Positions 41,249-51,527 of a stretch of DNA of 64,000 bases are shown here, in pieces. Position 1 is the first letter of the stretch. Each line of letters begins with the position of its first letter. This stretch comes from a virus: the IMG/VR virus record IMGVR_UViG_3300050343_000185. One strand, written 5' to 3'. Made by a program: the position numbers and the translations under genes. Below the pieces are notes generated by a model that saw nothing but the letters and a program-made list of their open reading frames with translations, had not been told where the DNA came from and made no database searches.

Positions 41249-41405
41249 TAAGGCACATGCACGCCACTTGTTTGTTTCAGTTGTAAACAAGAACCAACCA
41301 CACGGAAGGGGTTTTGGCACCACCACTTACTTTTTATCAGAAGTAAGAAACTGAGCGGCAACGTAATCACCCGCACCAGGGCTAGTTTAGAGTCTTACCG
41401 AGACT
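41249..41405 (-). ncRNA. manA-like structured RNA
   Basis: ORF-free region: AGTC-TCGGTAA-GACT, GCGG..CCGC, two related hairpins CTTACTT..AAGTAAG and CTTGTTT..AAACAAG, plus GGTGC/GCGTGCA and CCCTTCC elements. Family name from recall only. Confidence 0.55.
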
Positions 41406-41709
41406 AACTGAAGGTGATACTATCATCACTATTAGTATTGATACTAATGTTACCACCAAAATCAATAACATTATCAAAATTATCCAAATCTCCCCCAGGA
41501 CGAGGGAGATAATCAGACGACAGATTGAAATTGTAATTTGAATCATAAGCAAAATGAGTTAAGTCATTTACTTTTTTATTCAGATTACTGATTGCTTGAT
41601 ACTGAGTAAACAGTTCGGACAAACAATCTTCATCTCCCTCAGCAAGAGCGTTAATCAGTGCTTGACGGAGTGCTTCTTCAGCAGCTTGAACTTGTGATCT
41701 TACGCTCAT
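41404..41709 (-). CDS. hypothetical protein
   Basis: MSVRSQVQAAEEALRQALINALAEG.. 101-aa ORF. Confidence 0.6.
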   Translation of the reverse strand: MSVRSQVQAAEEALRQALINALAEGDEDCLSELFTQYQAISNLNKKVNDLTHFAYDSNYNFNLSSDYLPRPGGDLDNFDNVIDFGGNISINTNSDDSITFS

Positions 41710-41718
41710 AATAACCTC

Positions 41719-41961
41719 TTAGTTTGTTACAGTGTCACGGACATAGCAGGGCACACCATCTGGATCTAACCATTTGGTATACTCTACATCTTCTAGACAG
41801 GTGTCTAGTTGCATTTGGTTGTCAAGGAAATACATGTCAAAGTATCTCTTCTTCCACTCATGATACTTTTGAATACGGTAGTCAGGTCTACCGTTGATCT
41901 CCAGAAGACCGCACTGAACGTAGCGGTAAGGAAATCTCTCAAGAATGACAGTGGGTTTCAT
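41719..41961 (-). CDS. conserved cyanophage hypothetical protein
   Basis: MKPTVILERFPYRYVQCG.LEING.PDYRIQK..MYFLDNQMQLDTCLED.EYTKWLDP. Confidence 0.7.
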   Translation of the reverse strand: MKPTVILERFPYRYVQCGLLEINGRPDYRIQKYHEWKKRYFDMYFLDNQMQLDTCLEDVEYTKWLDPDGVPCYVRDTVTN

Positions 41962-43004
41962 AGGACGAAGGTGACGAGTGCTGCGTACCCAATAAGTATA
42001 GCACATAATCGGGTGAGGACAACGTAGTATTTACGAATTGGTGTGCCGAAATACTGTTGTCCGATCATGAGACACTTGTGAGCGGGTGAGATAAGGTATC
42101 CTGAATACTCAGTACAGAGGAACCACACCAAGTATTGAGGACCAAAGATTGCTACCAGAGCAGAGGTCATGCCAGCATACTTACCAGATGAACCCATAGC
42201 ATAGGCAGCAACCATTGCCACCAGAGAGGCAGGTATAAGCATCCCAGGCGTTGCTGCGTTGAGATACTCCATAACTGGTCCTTTCACCAATCCTACCACA
42301 CCACCAAGGGCAAGGACAAGTGTAGCGATGATGGCAAACTTACCATCCAACCACTTGCCCCACTTCCAATCCTTGAACACAATAGAATAGTAGATTGCCA
42401 TTCCAAGGAACCAAGGGAAGAAGAAGATTGCCCCACCTTTGCCTGTATTCAATAGAAGAATCACAGTAGCAATCAGTGGTGCCCATCCAGTAAGAGCACG
42501 ACGCCAGTTGAACTCACGAACATAATCTAGGTTGGGGACAACAGACGAAGCTGGAACCTTAGTAAAGATGTACCACCATGTGTATGTCAAGGTGATAATC
42601 AAAGGAACAATAGTATATCCTAGGAATGTTCCATAGGATACACCCATCACTGCCATAGGTAGAACAACTGTCTTCTCTAGTGGAGACCACCAGTAGTAAT
42701 GGTGGACTGATAGGTAATCAATTACACCAAAATCAGAACGGCGTTCTTGATCTCTTGGTGCAATGGCATCTAGGAGTGGTGCTGATAAAGCAACACGTCC
42801 TGGAATAGGTAGTATACCACCCAACAGTGAGGTGATAATAACAAGGACACGATTGTCCTTGATGTATTTCTTTGCTAAAGCATATACATCCTCAAGAGCA
42901 CTATAATCACGGATGAATCCACCCAAGATCATGATGCCAAAGATGTACCCCATGTAGAGTTCATTCTTAGCAATAGATTCTAATGTTTTAACTAGCATCG
43001 TCAT
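41958..43004 (-). CDS. polytopic membrane protein, ion-transporter (IT) superfamily-like
   Basis: About 9-10 hydrophobic segments; LGGILPIPGRVALSAP and YLISPAHKCL motifs resemble DUF401/IT-type re-entrant loops. Confidence 0.6.
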   Translation of the reverse strand: MTMLVKTLESIAKNELYMGYIFGIMILGGFIRDYSALEDVYALAKKYIKDNRVLVIITSLLGGILPIPGRVALSAPLLDAIAPRDQERRSDFGVIDYLSVHHYYWWSPLEKTVVLPMAVMGVSYGTFLGYTIVPLIITLTYTWWYIFTKVPASSVVPNLDYVREFNWRRALTGWAPLIATVILLLNTGKGGAIFFFPWFLGMAIYYSIVFKDWKWGKWLDGKFAIIATLVLALGGVVGLVKGPVMEYLNAATPGMLIPASLVAMVAAYAMGSSGKYAGMTSALVAIFGPQYLVWFLCTEYSGYLISPAHKCLMIGQQYFGTPIRKYYVVLTRLCAILIGYAALVTFVL

Positions 43005-43191
43005 GTGTTGTCATCATATTTTCCCAATCAGTATCAGTAACCTGATCTGTTAGTTCTTTGTATTCATCAGCAGGGACTGCCATAACAGCAGTTCCATCTG
43101 GTTTACGAACTATAAAGCTTTCGCCTGCTTCAATGCGATCCATGTAAGCATCGAAGTCTTTTTCAAATTCATCAAACGGAACTTCAACCAT
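42988..43191 (-). CDS. Phd/YefM antitoxin-like small protein
   Basis: MVEVPFDEFEKDFDAYMDRIEAGESFIVRKPDGTAVMAVP fits the Phd beta-alpha-beta-beta N-terminal pattern. Confidence 0.5.
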   Translation of the reverse strand: MVEVPFDEFEKDFDAYMDRIEAGESFIVRKPDGTAVMAVPADEYKELTDQVTDTDWENMMTTHDDAS

Positions 43192-43831
43192 TGATCTCCT
43201 TAAAATCTTTTTCAAAAATTGCCAAACCAGAATCGGTCAGCACATGGTTATACATTTTGTCGAATACAGCAGGTGGCAATGTAACTACACTAGCACCATA
43301 CATCAAGCAGCGAGAGACATGGTGGACATCTCTCAAACTGGCAGCAAGGATCTTGGTGCGAACACCATGAGCACAGTACAGACCAGAGATAGCACGAACA
43401 AGTTCAACACCACTGAGTGAATTATCATTCATACGACCCACGAAAGGTGAGATGTATGTGGCACCTGCCTTCGCTGCCATCACTGCCTGAGCGGCGCTGA
43501 AGCATAGCGTAACGTTAGTCTCTACACCTTGAGCAGTGAGTTCTTTACATGCCTTCAAACCCTCTACAGTGAGGGGCAGTTTGATCGTAACATTCTCACC
43601 AATATCACGATACTTAATAGCATTGGTAAGCATCTCAAAGCAAGACTCACCTTCTACTTCAGCAGAAATGCTTTCAAAGGCAAAGTTATTTGCTAGAGTT
43701 TTAATGAACTCCACATAGTCCACACCAGACTTACGAACTAGTGTAGGATTTGTAGTGATACCATCAACTAGACCAGTCGTATAGCGTTCAGCAATTGCTT
43801 CGTAGTCAGCAGTGTCTAGAAAAATTTTCAT
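43184..43831 (-). CDS. talC: transaldolase (TalC type)
   Basis: MKIFLDTA..GITTNPTL..IKLPLT..TNVTLCFS..AAKAGATYISPFVGR..ILAASLR. Confidence 0.96.
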   Translation of the reverse strand: MKIFLDTADYEAIAERYTTGLVDGITTNPTLVRKSGVDYVEFIKTLANNFAFESISAEVEGESCFEMLTNAIKYRDIGENVTIKLPLTVEGLKACKELTAQGVETNVTLCFSAAQAVMAAKAGATYISPFVGRMNDNSLSGVELVRAISGLYCAHGVRTKILAASLRDVHHVSRCLMYGASVVTLPPAVFDKMYNHVLTDSGLAIFEKDFKEING

Positions 43832-43845
43832 ATTCAGTAGGTTGA

Positions 43846-44052
43846 TTACACTCCGATGCGTTGCTGCATCGAGATACATTGTTCTTTCATATTATACTGG
43901 AGTTTATAGTTCTTTGTCAAGACATAATACCCATTAATGGTCACTCCATCATCTGTCCACCCGTAGGCGATTACTTTTTCACATGCTCCATCGATAGTAA
44001 AGCATTTGTTACTATGTAAGTATTCGTGATAACGAGCGTCTAGATTAATCAT
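43846..44052 (-). CDS. conserved cyanophage hypothetical protein
   Basis: MINLDARYHEYLH..KVIAYGWTDDG..GYYVLT. Confidence 0.6.
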   Translation of the reverse strand: MINLDARYHEYLHSNKCFTIDGACEKVIAYGWTDDGVTINGYYVLTKNYKLQYNMKEQCISMQQRIGV

Positions 44053-44300
44053 TAGCGTTCCTCAAAAGTGATGCGGCGGACCTTGCGTTGGCGTCGTTCC
44101 TCTTGGTATTTTAGGTCATCAGGTGTCAGGATACCATGATATTTGATCTTTTTGTCATGTTTCGTTAGAACTACTTGACCCAAGTCAATTGCTCCCACGG
44201 TATCGTCCACAACCTTCATCTGATTCGGACACCCACAGAACTGAACCTTGCTATTGCTTGTCAGTTCTTTGTTGCATAATTTACATCTTGCAGATAACAT
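44052..44300 (-). CDS. small Zn-ribbon-like protein
   Basis: CKLC..CGCPN Cys pairs. Confidence 0.6.
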   Translation of the reverse strand: MLSARCKLCNKELTSNSKVQFCGCPNQMKVVDDTVGAIDLGQVVLTKHDKKIKYHGILTPDDLKYQEERRQRKVRRITFEER

Positions 44301-44328
44301 TAGTAAGCATTTAACCTCATATGAGTAA

Positions 44329-44400
44329 TGCTCGAAGAGGGGATCGAACCCCCGACAATCTCCGTGTAAAGGAGGTGCTCTACCTCTGAGCTATTCGAGC
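44329..44400 (-). tRNA. trnV: tRNA-Val (TAC)
   Basis: GCTCGAA..TAGCTCAGAGGTAGAGC..CTCC-TTTACAC-GGAG..GGTTCGATCCC..TTCGAGCA. Confidence 0.93.
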
Positions 44401-44403
44401 GAG

Positions 44404-44485
44404 TGTCGGTAAGAGGACTTGAACCTCCACGTCATAAGACACCAGAACCTAAACCTGGCGCGTCTACCAATTCCGCCATACCGAC
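44404..44485 (-). tRNA. trnL: tRNA-Leu (TAG)
   Basis: GTCGGTA..GGCGGAATTGGTAGACGC..CCAGG-TTTAGGT-TCTGG, long variable arm, GGTTCAAGTCC..TACCGACA. Confidence 0.93.
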
Positions 44486-44562
<77 letters not shown>

Positions 44563-44570
44563 ATATTTTT

Positions 44571-44954
44571 TTAACTTTGCCAATGATAATGGTAAAAGTT
44601 TCCTCTACGATCACACATTGGATCTTCTGCAACTACACGATAAGGCAACATACGCTGTCCTTTAAAACTGGTCCTGTCTCCAATAATTGAATACGCTTCC
44701 AGAAGATTGTCTGTGTTTTTTAACCTAGCAACAACACTTGACTTTGCTGCTGGACGACGGTATAAGAAACCTTCGTATTGACCAGGAGCATAAACTACAT
44801 CGGCAACATTGTTAGGGAATACAGGGGAGTTAACCCTGTTAAGGATGGAAACCGCAACGCAGTATTCATCTTTAGTTCCAGTTGCTGCTTCAACTTGTAC
44901 TGCTCTCGCAAGGTGGTCATAGTCAGCAGGCGTCAATGCCAGAATTGTTTCCAA
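44571..44954 (-). CDS. cell wall hydrolase (SleB / Hydrolase_2 family)
   Basis: LARAVQVEA..VAVSILNRVNSP.FPNNVADVVYAPGQYE..HYF-like end; probable TTG start. Confidence 0.8.
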   Translation of the reverse strand: METILALTPADYDHLARAVQVEAATGTKDEYCVAVSILNRVNSPVFPNNVADVVYAPGQYEGFLYRRPAAKSSVVARLKNTDNLLEAYSIIGDRTSFKGQRMLPYRVVAEDPMCDRRGNFYHYHWQS

Positions 44955-45402
44955 AATCAAAATAGTCTTTCCTGTAGTAACGTCCGAGGATGTTGCTATT
45001 ATAGTAGGCAGGGGTGCCATCTGTCAAGCTTTCCGTCAGAACACCGTGTAAGAAGAGTTGGCGGGTCTCTTCGTAGTTGACTCGTCCTGGTGTGGTGTGT
45101 AAGGAGAGGATTTCTCTAGCAAAAGACTCCCGTCCATATTTTTTAATATCATCACTAAGTTCTGGACAACTTCCATAGTAGTTTCTCCAGTTACTTTCAC
45201 TTGTAACTCTTCGCCGCTTCTTAGTTTGACCAGTATCTCTAGGCTTTCGTTTTTGCCAGAAGTATTTTCTACCGATGTAGGAACGGTTGGTGGTGCTACA
45301 GGCAATCTTGTAAACAAAACCATAGTTGTCCCCAATAAGAGACCCGTCAAAGACGCTCCCACAATACATCCAGGGATTCGGATACTCTTTATTTTCTGCC
45401 AC
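44923..45402 (-). CDS. GIY-YIG-family nuclease-like protein
   Basis: GFVYKIACSTTNRSYIGRK..W.NYYGS..F.REIL..NY.E..YYNSNI. Confidence 0.7.
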   Translation of the reverse strand: MAENKEYPNPWMYCGSVFDGSLIGDNYGFVYKIACSTTNRSYIGRKYFWQKRKPRDTGQTKKRRRVTSESNWRNYYGSCPELSDDIKKYGRESFAREILSLHTTPGRVNYEETRQLFLHGVLTESLTDGTPAYYNSNILGRYYRKDYFDFGNNSGIDAC

Positions 45403-45427
45403 ATACTCATGATATAACCTCCATTAT

Positions 45428-45589
45428 TTATTCAGTCCCATGGGTCACGTATTTGTATTTTATTGCCTGCATTCGCCACGCTTGAGCGAGACTTGACGGA
45501 CCCTTTGAGAGGAGATCTCTCTCCTCCTGATTGAGTAGGTTTGTCCGTAGGAGATCTTCCCTCCAACCAGGTAAAGAATATCTTATCAC
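45428..45589 (-). CDS. 53-aa conserved hypothetical protein (GTG start; differs from the ORF-track frame)
   Basis: IRYSLPGWREDLLRTNLLNQEERDLLSKGPSSLAQAWRMQAIKYKY; GTGA-coupled to the nrdB stop. Confidence 0.55.
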   Translation of the reverse strand: MIRYSLPGWREDLLRTNLLNQEERDLLSKGPSSLAQAWRMQAIKYKYVTHGTE

Positions 45590-46776
45590 AACTGAAAACC
45601 AGCGAACGTATCTTTTTCAACATCTTGTTTAATACTCCCAATTAGATATGATTCTACTTCTGTTTCCTGAGGAGCAACTTGCATACCTTTAGAAGATAAC
45701 CAGTGCTCGGTCCATGGTAGAGGGTTGTTTGTGATAGGAGTATCAAAAATTGCCTTTAATCCAATAGACTTTAGACGACGATTAGCAGTCCACTCAACAT
45801 ACTTAGCAAGAAGTTTGTCATTAAGACCAATAAGAGAACCATCTTTAAACAAATACTCCGCCCAAGACTTCTCTTCTTCTACACACTCACGGAACATCTG
45901 ATATACATTCTCTTCCTCTTCCTTAGCAATCTCGACCATCTCAGGATCATCACCTTCCAACCACTTTTTGATAATGTTCTTGGTAATAGTCATGTGTTGA
46001 CTCTCATCTCTAGCAATGAGACCAATAATCTTAGCAGATCCTTCGAGAAGTTTGAGTTCACCAAAAGCAAATGAACAAGCAAATGATACGTAGAAACGAA
46101 TACCTTCTAGAATGTAGACATTGACCACAGCACGATACAATTTACGCTTGAGTTCACGAAGTTCTATCTGTGCTGTTGGAACTTCATCCAAAGCATGTTC
46201 CCATTGATTACCAGCACCCCATTCCTGTGCTGCCTGTAGAAACTCATCATAAGCACTAGTAACTGACTGTGCTCTAGCAAGAATCCTGTCATCATCTAAG
46301 ATTTTATCAAAGACATCAGAAGGATCAGCATATACATTCTTGATAATGTGGGTGTAGGAGCGACTATGGATCATCTCCATGGTCTGCCAGATATTCATGG
46401 CACCCTCAAGCTCGGGTAGGCTGCAATAAGGCATGAAAGCCATGCCAGGACCACGACCTTGTACAGAGTCAAGGAGGATTTGATACTTAAGGTTCGACGT
46501 GAAGATGTGTTTCTGTGCATCATTTAAAATTTGATAATCAGCGCGATCTTTTTGAAGAGATACCTCTTCAGGACGCCAGAAATAACCTAGTTGTTGCTGT
46601 GTAAGTTTATCAAACACAGGGTACTTAAACTTATCATATCTCTGAACCCCAAGAGGGGGTCCAAAGAACATTTTTTGCTTGGTGCTGTCAACAATGCTCG
46701 TATTAAACACCGTCATACCATCTACTTGACTACGCATTTGATTATTTGTTCTAAATTTTGCAACTGTCACAGTCAT
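45586..46776 (-). CDS. nrdB: class Ia ribonucleotide reductase beta subunit
   Basis: FWRPEE..QILLDSVQGR..E.IHSRSY..LEGIRFYVSFA..IARDESQH..QVAPQETE. Confidence 0.97.
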   Translation of the reverse strand: MTVTVAKFRTNNQMRSQVDGMTVFNTSIVDSTKQKMFFGPPLGVQRYDKFKYPVFDKLTQQQLGYFWRPEEVSLQKDRADYQILNDAQKHIFTSNLKYQILLDSVQGRGPGMAFMPYCSLPELEGAMNIWQTMEMIHSRSYTHIIKNVYADPSDVFDKILDDDRILARAQSVTSAYDEFLQAAQEWGAGNQWEHALDEVPTAQIELRELKRKLYRAVVNVYILEGIRFYVSFACSFAFGELKLLEGSAKIIGLIARDESQHMTITKNIIKKWLEGDDPEMVEIAKEEEENVYQMFRECVEEEKSWAEYLFKDGSLIGLNDKLLAKYVEWTANRRLKSIGLKAIFDTPITNNPLPWTEHWLSSKGMQVAPQETEVESYLIGSIKQDVEKDTFAGFQL

Positions 46777-49073
46777 CCTCCTCGGTTTCTAAAATTTCTG
46801 ATAATAAATCTTGGACTTGATTTGGTTTCTCATCAATAGCATCTAACAAATCATCTTTGTTATCATATGTGTTTTGATAATAAGAAGTTTTCCATCCATA
46901 CTTGTATGTCTTCAGGAAATCACCTGCCATAACAGATACTGGGACCTCATTATTGTCAATAGTTCTCTGGATTATAACTCCAGTTGCCAGAAATTGCCTG
47001 ATCAAAGAACTTCTGCATAGCAGCGACAACTTTAATGTATCCATCGTTGCCCTTCATATCCCATAGAAGAGTGTAATTATTCTTGAGAGTACCATACTGA
47101 GGAACGATCTGTTTGAGTGGTCCTTTTTTAGACTTTTTAGTGGACAGATATCCTCTAGGTGGCTCGATTCCATTAGTTGCGTTTGACACAACGGAACTGC
47201 TCTCTGAAGGCATCTGTGCGGACAGTGTTGAGTGCCTAAGACCGTAGGTAGCGATAGATTCTCTAAGACTTTCCCAATCATGATTCAATTCCGTTCCACA
47301 GAACTCATCGATATCACGCTTGTAAGTGTCGATTGGGAGGATACCGTCTGCATACTTGGTTCTATCAAAATATCCACACCTGCCCTTCTCTTTAGCGATG
47401 GCATTACTTGACTTGAGCAAGTAATATTGGAAAGATTCAGACAAGTCGTGGACGAGTTTCCATGCTGCGGGATCATCATAGTGTTCTCCATTTTTTGCTA
47501 GGTAATGTGCGAGTCCGATATAACCAATACCAAGAGATCTACGATTCTTGGTGCTCAATTCTGCTGCTTCTACTGGATACTCCTGATAATCTACCAGTTC
47601 CTCCAGACCACGAACAGCAAGATCACAAATTTCTTCCAGTTCATCTTTCTTTGATACCTTACCTATGTTAACAGCAGACAAGATACACAAAGCAATCTCA
47701 CCGTTAGGGTCATCGATATGCTGAAGTGGTTTTGTTGGGAGAGTGATCTCCTGACAAAGATTACTCATGTAAACTTTGTCCTTAAAGGAAGAATGTGCAT
47801 TACAATGGTCAATATTCATAAGATATAATACGACCTGTCTCTGCTCTCTCCTTCAGAATATCTAGGATAAGTTCCTGTGCCCCGATAGTCTTTCTCGGAA
47901 CAGACTGATCTGATTCATAGTCCACATAGCGAGCGTCAAATGCATCAGTACCAAAAGCATCATAGAGACCTGGTACGTCATGCGGTGAGAAGAGGCTAAT
48001 CTCTCCATTCGCAATGAAACGTTCGTAGAAAAGTTTTGAAATTTGGATTGAGTAGTCAAGTTTCCTCACTCGATTGTCTTCTGTACCCTTATTATTCTTA
48101 AGAACAATAATGTCTTCTATTTCCTGGTGCCAGATAGGAAAGTGAACTGTAGCAGAACCACCTCTGATGCCGTTTTGTGTACAGCATCTGACAGTTGCTT
48201 CAAACTTTTTAAGGAAGGGGACAACACCTGTGTGTTGTACCTCGCCGCCTCTAATTTTAGAATTGATGCCACGAATTCTGCCTGCGTTAATACCGATACC
48301 AGCCCTTGTGCGACGTACCTACCAATAGCCATATCGCTGCTAAAGATACTATCGAGGGAGTCATCAACATCAACGAGAACACAAGATGCAAATTGACGGA
48401 GTGGTGTCCGAACTCCTGCCATGATTGGCGTTGGGATGTTGATCTTGTGCTTGCTGATTGCGTTGTAGTATCGTCTGACATAATCCAGTCTAGTATCTAT
48501 AGGATAATTTTGGAAAAGAGTTGCCGCAATCATCATGTACATGTATTGAGGAGTCTCATACATTTCACCACAACTACGATCCTGAACAAGATACTTATCT
48601 ACAACTTGGCGGAGACCAGCGTATGTAAACAACATATCACGATCATGATCCATGTAAGAATCAATCTTGTTCCACTCTTCCTGAGTATATTTACGCAAGA
48701 TACCATCATCATAAACACTTTTGGAGACACATTTTATTGCGTGATCCAACACAGTAGGGTATCCTCTGATCCAATCAGGACCAAAAACTTGCTTACGAAC
48801 TCCAAATAAAAGTAATCGAGCAGCAACAAATTGGTAGTTAGGATTCTCCAAACTAATCAGGTCGCTAGCAGAGCGAACAAGGATCTCTTGAATATCGCTT
48901 GTCTGAATCCCATCAAAGAATTGGAGACCGGAGTTCATCTCTACCTGAGAGGCACTCACACCGCTCCCTAGACCCTCACATGCCTCTTCTACCATCTTAT
49001 GGATCTTATCAAGGTTCAAACCCTCTACAGCGCCATTACGCTTCTTTACTTTAATACCGTGTCCGTTTGTCAT
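46751..49073 (-). CDS. nrdA: class Ia ribonucleotide reductase alpha subunit (several indels)
   Basis: N-terminal ATP cone VKKRNG..; PTPIMAG..SCVL; SNLCQEI; MPSESSS..NGIEP; YYQNT..CDSCKI. Total length is consistent with no intron or intein. Confidence 0.95.
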
Positions 49074-50059
49074 ACTTTCTTCCAGTCGTTTAATTTAAGG
49101 GTTGCTTCTAATCCAGCATAGACATTAGAGTCTACCATGTTCTGAACGTCGTGTCCAGCAAGGAACATATCGTTTATGTCCTTTTCCTGTATCTTCTTTG
49201 GCCAAATGACTACCTTATCTCCTCGGTGCTAATAACTTTAGAGATTCGGTTGACGATTTCTTTGTTGCGTGGTTCATTATCAAATACCCAGATGTAATTG
49301 TTCCAACCAAAGGTTCTAACATCAGCATCAGATCCTGCCATAGCAACAGAATTACTGAGGAAGGTAGCATCGAATGGTCCTTCCACAATGTATACAGGTT
49401 TGTCGTCTTTTATTTTATCCAGTCCGAAGATCTTTGGGTGTTCTTCGTCTAGCATGATCGTTATATATCTTAGTTTTGCCTTAGGGGCGAGCGATCTGCC
49501 TTGGTATCCAAACAGGTTACCTTCTTTGTCTCGGAATGGAATAATAATGCGAGCACTATCTTGTCTAAGGTATCAAACATCTTCTTTTGCTCATTTGTCC
49601 AAGCCTTAAACTTGGGACAATAGTAGAAGTAATCTAGATCTTTGATCCCTCGGTTCTCAAGATATTCTCTTGCCGGGTGAGATATATTTAGCGAAGAAAT
49701 CTTTTCAAGATTTGTATCTTTCTTGCAAATTTTGGTGGTTTGAATTCAAACTTGGGATTGGGTACAGTAGTTCCCTTACCAGTCCTACCATCTTTAAATT
49801 TCTCCATGACATATTGATCATGGAGAAACATATCCTGGTCTTTTAAAAAATTAGAAAGTGTTCTACCCATGCCACAGTTATGGCACTTAAACACAAAGTC
49901 ATTCTTGATCTTAAAAAGATATCCCCTCGTTTTATTCTTCCTCTTTTGTGAGTCACCACAGTAAGGACACCTGAAATTATACAGGTCTGCCTTCTTGCGA
50001 CTAAAAAGAGTCAAACGAGAGGATACTAGTTGTATATACTTTACGTCAATGAATGACAT
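49070..50059 (-). CDS. gp61: DNA primase gp61 (frameshifted)
   Basis: FRCPYCGDS..RGY..KCHNCG zinc finger; IIIPF..GYQGR..YIVEGPFDA..VFDNEPRN..KDINDM. Confidence 0.92.
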
Positions 50060-50065
50060 TCACTA

Positions 50066-50485
50066 CTAGGGATTCGCTGGTCCTATAATAGCAGCGTTTA
50101 CTTGGGGTGTCAACAGTTTGAAGACAGGAGGGAACCACTTGTAATACTGTCACAAGAGTTGTCAAGACAGCAGAGGTAGCAATTACAAACCTAGTATTGC
50201 TTTCCGTTTTTTTCTGGATCTTGCCAATTCGCTCAGTGTTGCATCAACATGATCTTTCTCATGTCTTTCCTTCATCTCTTCCAGCATACCGATGATAAGT
50301 TTATCGGCACGTTCAGATTCATCCAAACGATTTTCATGGCGCTCCAAGATTACAGCAACTCTGTTGCTGTTCTCTGAGATTGTGCCAACTGCTCTTTCGA
50401 GCTTATCAAGCATCTCTTTCGAGAGGTCTTCATAAATATCGAGTTTTGATTCTAATACTGCTAATCTACCAAGACCGAATGCCAT
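50066..50485 (-). CDS. coiled-coil protein with C-terminal TM, frameshifted
   Basis: LAVLESKLDIYEDLSKEMLDKLERAV..ILERHENRL heptads, followed by a hydrophobic stretch after an indel. Confidence 0.55.
50085..50113 (-). promoter_or_regulatory. sigma70 early promoter of primase-nrdAB
   Basis: TTGACA (50113-50108), 17 nt, TATTAT (50090-50085). Confidence 0.75.
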
Positions 50486-50487
50486 AC

Positions 50488-51198
50488 TTAAACGTTCCTT
50501 ACTGCGAAATTGAGTGCTGTTTGATATGAAGAAGCATCTTTGTTCAGTAGATACTGGAACTGTTGCTTATGACTATCATCTAATTGAGCATAGCAAGCAG
50601 CAATACGTTTTGCTGAGAAGTTATCAAGGTTTTGTGTAGATCCATCGCCAAATTGTACCTTAGCAAATGATCCTTCACCTTGTGGATTGAGTTCTGATGT
50701 CGCAACGTCTAATGCAACTTGAACTACATCTTGATTTTCAGTCATAATTTCACCTGTGGGTTCATAAGAATTTTTTTGTTGGACCTTTTTTTCTTGATCC
50801 TTTGCTTTCTTTTTAAAGTCAGACATACGTGCCTTCATGAGAGTATCCATCTCACCAGACTTATTCATCATTTTTTCTTTCGCCTCTTTACGCTTTTTTT
50901 GCATTTCTTTCTGGCGATTCAATTTCTTACCCTGTTGGATAACTTTCTGTGCCCTCTCTGTATCGGACACAATTGCTTCGTCAATTTGTGTTTCTAGTTG
51001 TTCTTTCATTTTTCTTTTTTGTATACGATCGAAGAGGGTACGAGCGCCGGATGTGCGCCCATCAACTTTGTCTTGGTTATTCTTTTTATATTTACGGTGC
51101 TGTCTAGGATTCACCATAACAAAAGCAGGTGGCAACTGAAGACCAGAACCGTCTCCTGCCATCATTTCATTTAAATTAGATTCAGACTTCTTAGACAT
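50488..51198 (-). CDS. Lys/Glu-rich structural hypothetical protein
   Basis: 236-aa charged ORF; FA.VQF.DG...NLD.FSAK.I...Y..L C-terminal domain. Confidence 0.65.
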   Translation of the reverse strand: MSKKSESNLNEMMAGDGSGLQLPPAFVMVNPRQHRKYKKNNQDKVDGRTSGARTLFDRIQKRKMKEQLETQIDEAIVSDTERAQKVIQQGKKLNRQKEMQKKRKEAKEKMMNKSGEMDTLMKARMSDFKKKAKDQEKKVQQKNSYEPTGEIMTENQDVVQVALDVATSELNPQGEGSFAKVQFGDGSTQNLDNFSAKRIAACYAQLDDSHKQQFQYLLNKDASSYQTALNFAVRNV

Positions 51199-51524
51199 TC
51201 TTCGTCAGCATCAGTAAAAGTGGGCGGTAATCTATTTAGAAACAACATAAACGCCTTGATTTGAGACCAGTATGTTGCTTCAATTTTATAAAACAAGAGT
51301 GGTGTTCCTGCTTCACCAAACACATTATATAATACAATCACATGATTTAAAATAAGATGTGTTTTTAACTCACCCGTCGTCTCATATCGTTTTAGTAATC
51401 TTTTGATATACTTAAATCTCTTTAAGTCTTCTTCAAAATCACTATAAGTTACTGACGACGGGTTGTTATAATTTTGAATAGCAAAGAAGAGCCAGTTGTC
51501 TGGCGTCAATTCAGCGAAGTTCAT
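51171..51524 (-). CDS. conserved T4-like phage hypothetical protein
   Basis: F.ELT.DN...FA..NY.NP..F.EDLKRFKYIKRLL.RY...GEL..HLILNH.I.LYNVFG. Confidence 0.75.
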   Translation of the reverse strand: MNFAELTPDNWLFFAIQNYNNPSSVTYSDFEEDLKRFKYIKRLLKRYETTGELKTHLILNHVIVLYNVFGEAGTPLLFYKIEATYWSQIKAFMLFLNRLPPTFTDADEECLRSLNLI

Positions 51525-51527
51525 TCA

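Noticed and set aside
44923-45402. Mobile homing endonuclease
   Set aside because: The short GIY-YIG-like protein lacks a C-terminal DNA-binding extension and looks like a conserved resident gene; mobility is unsupported.
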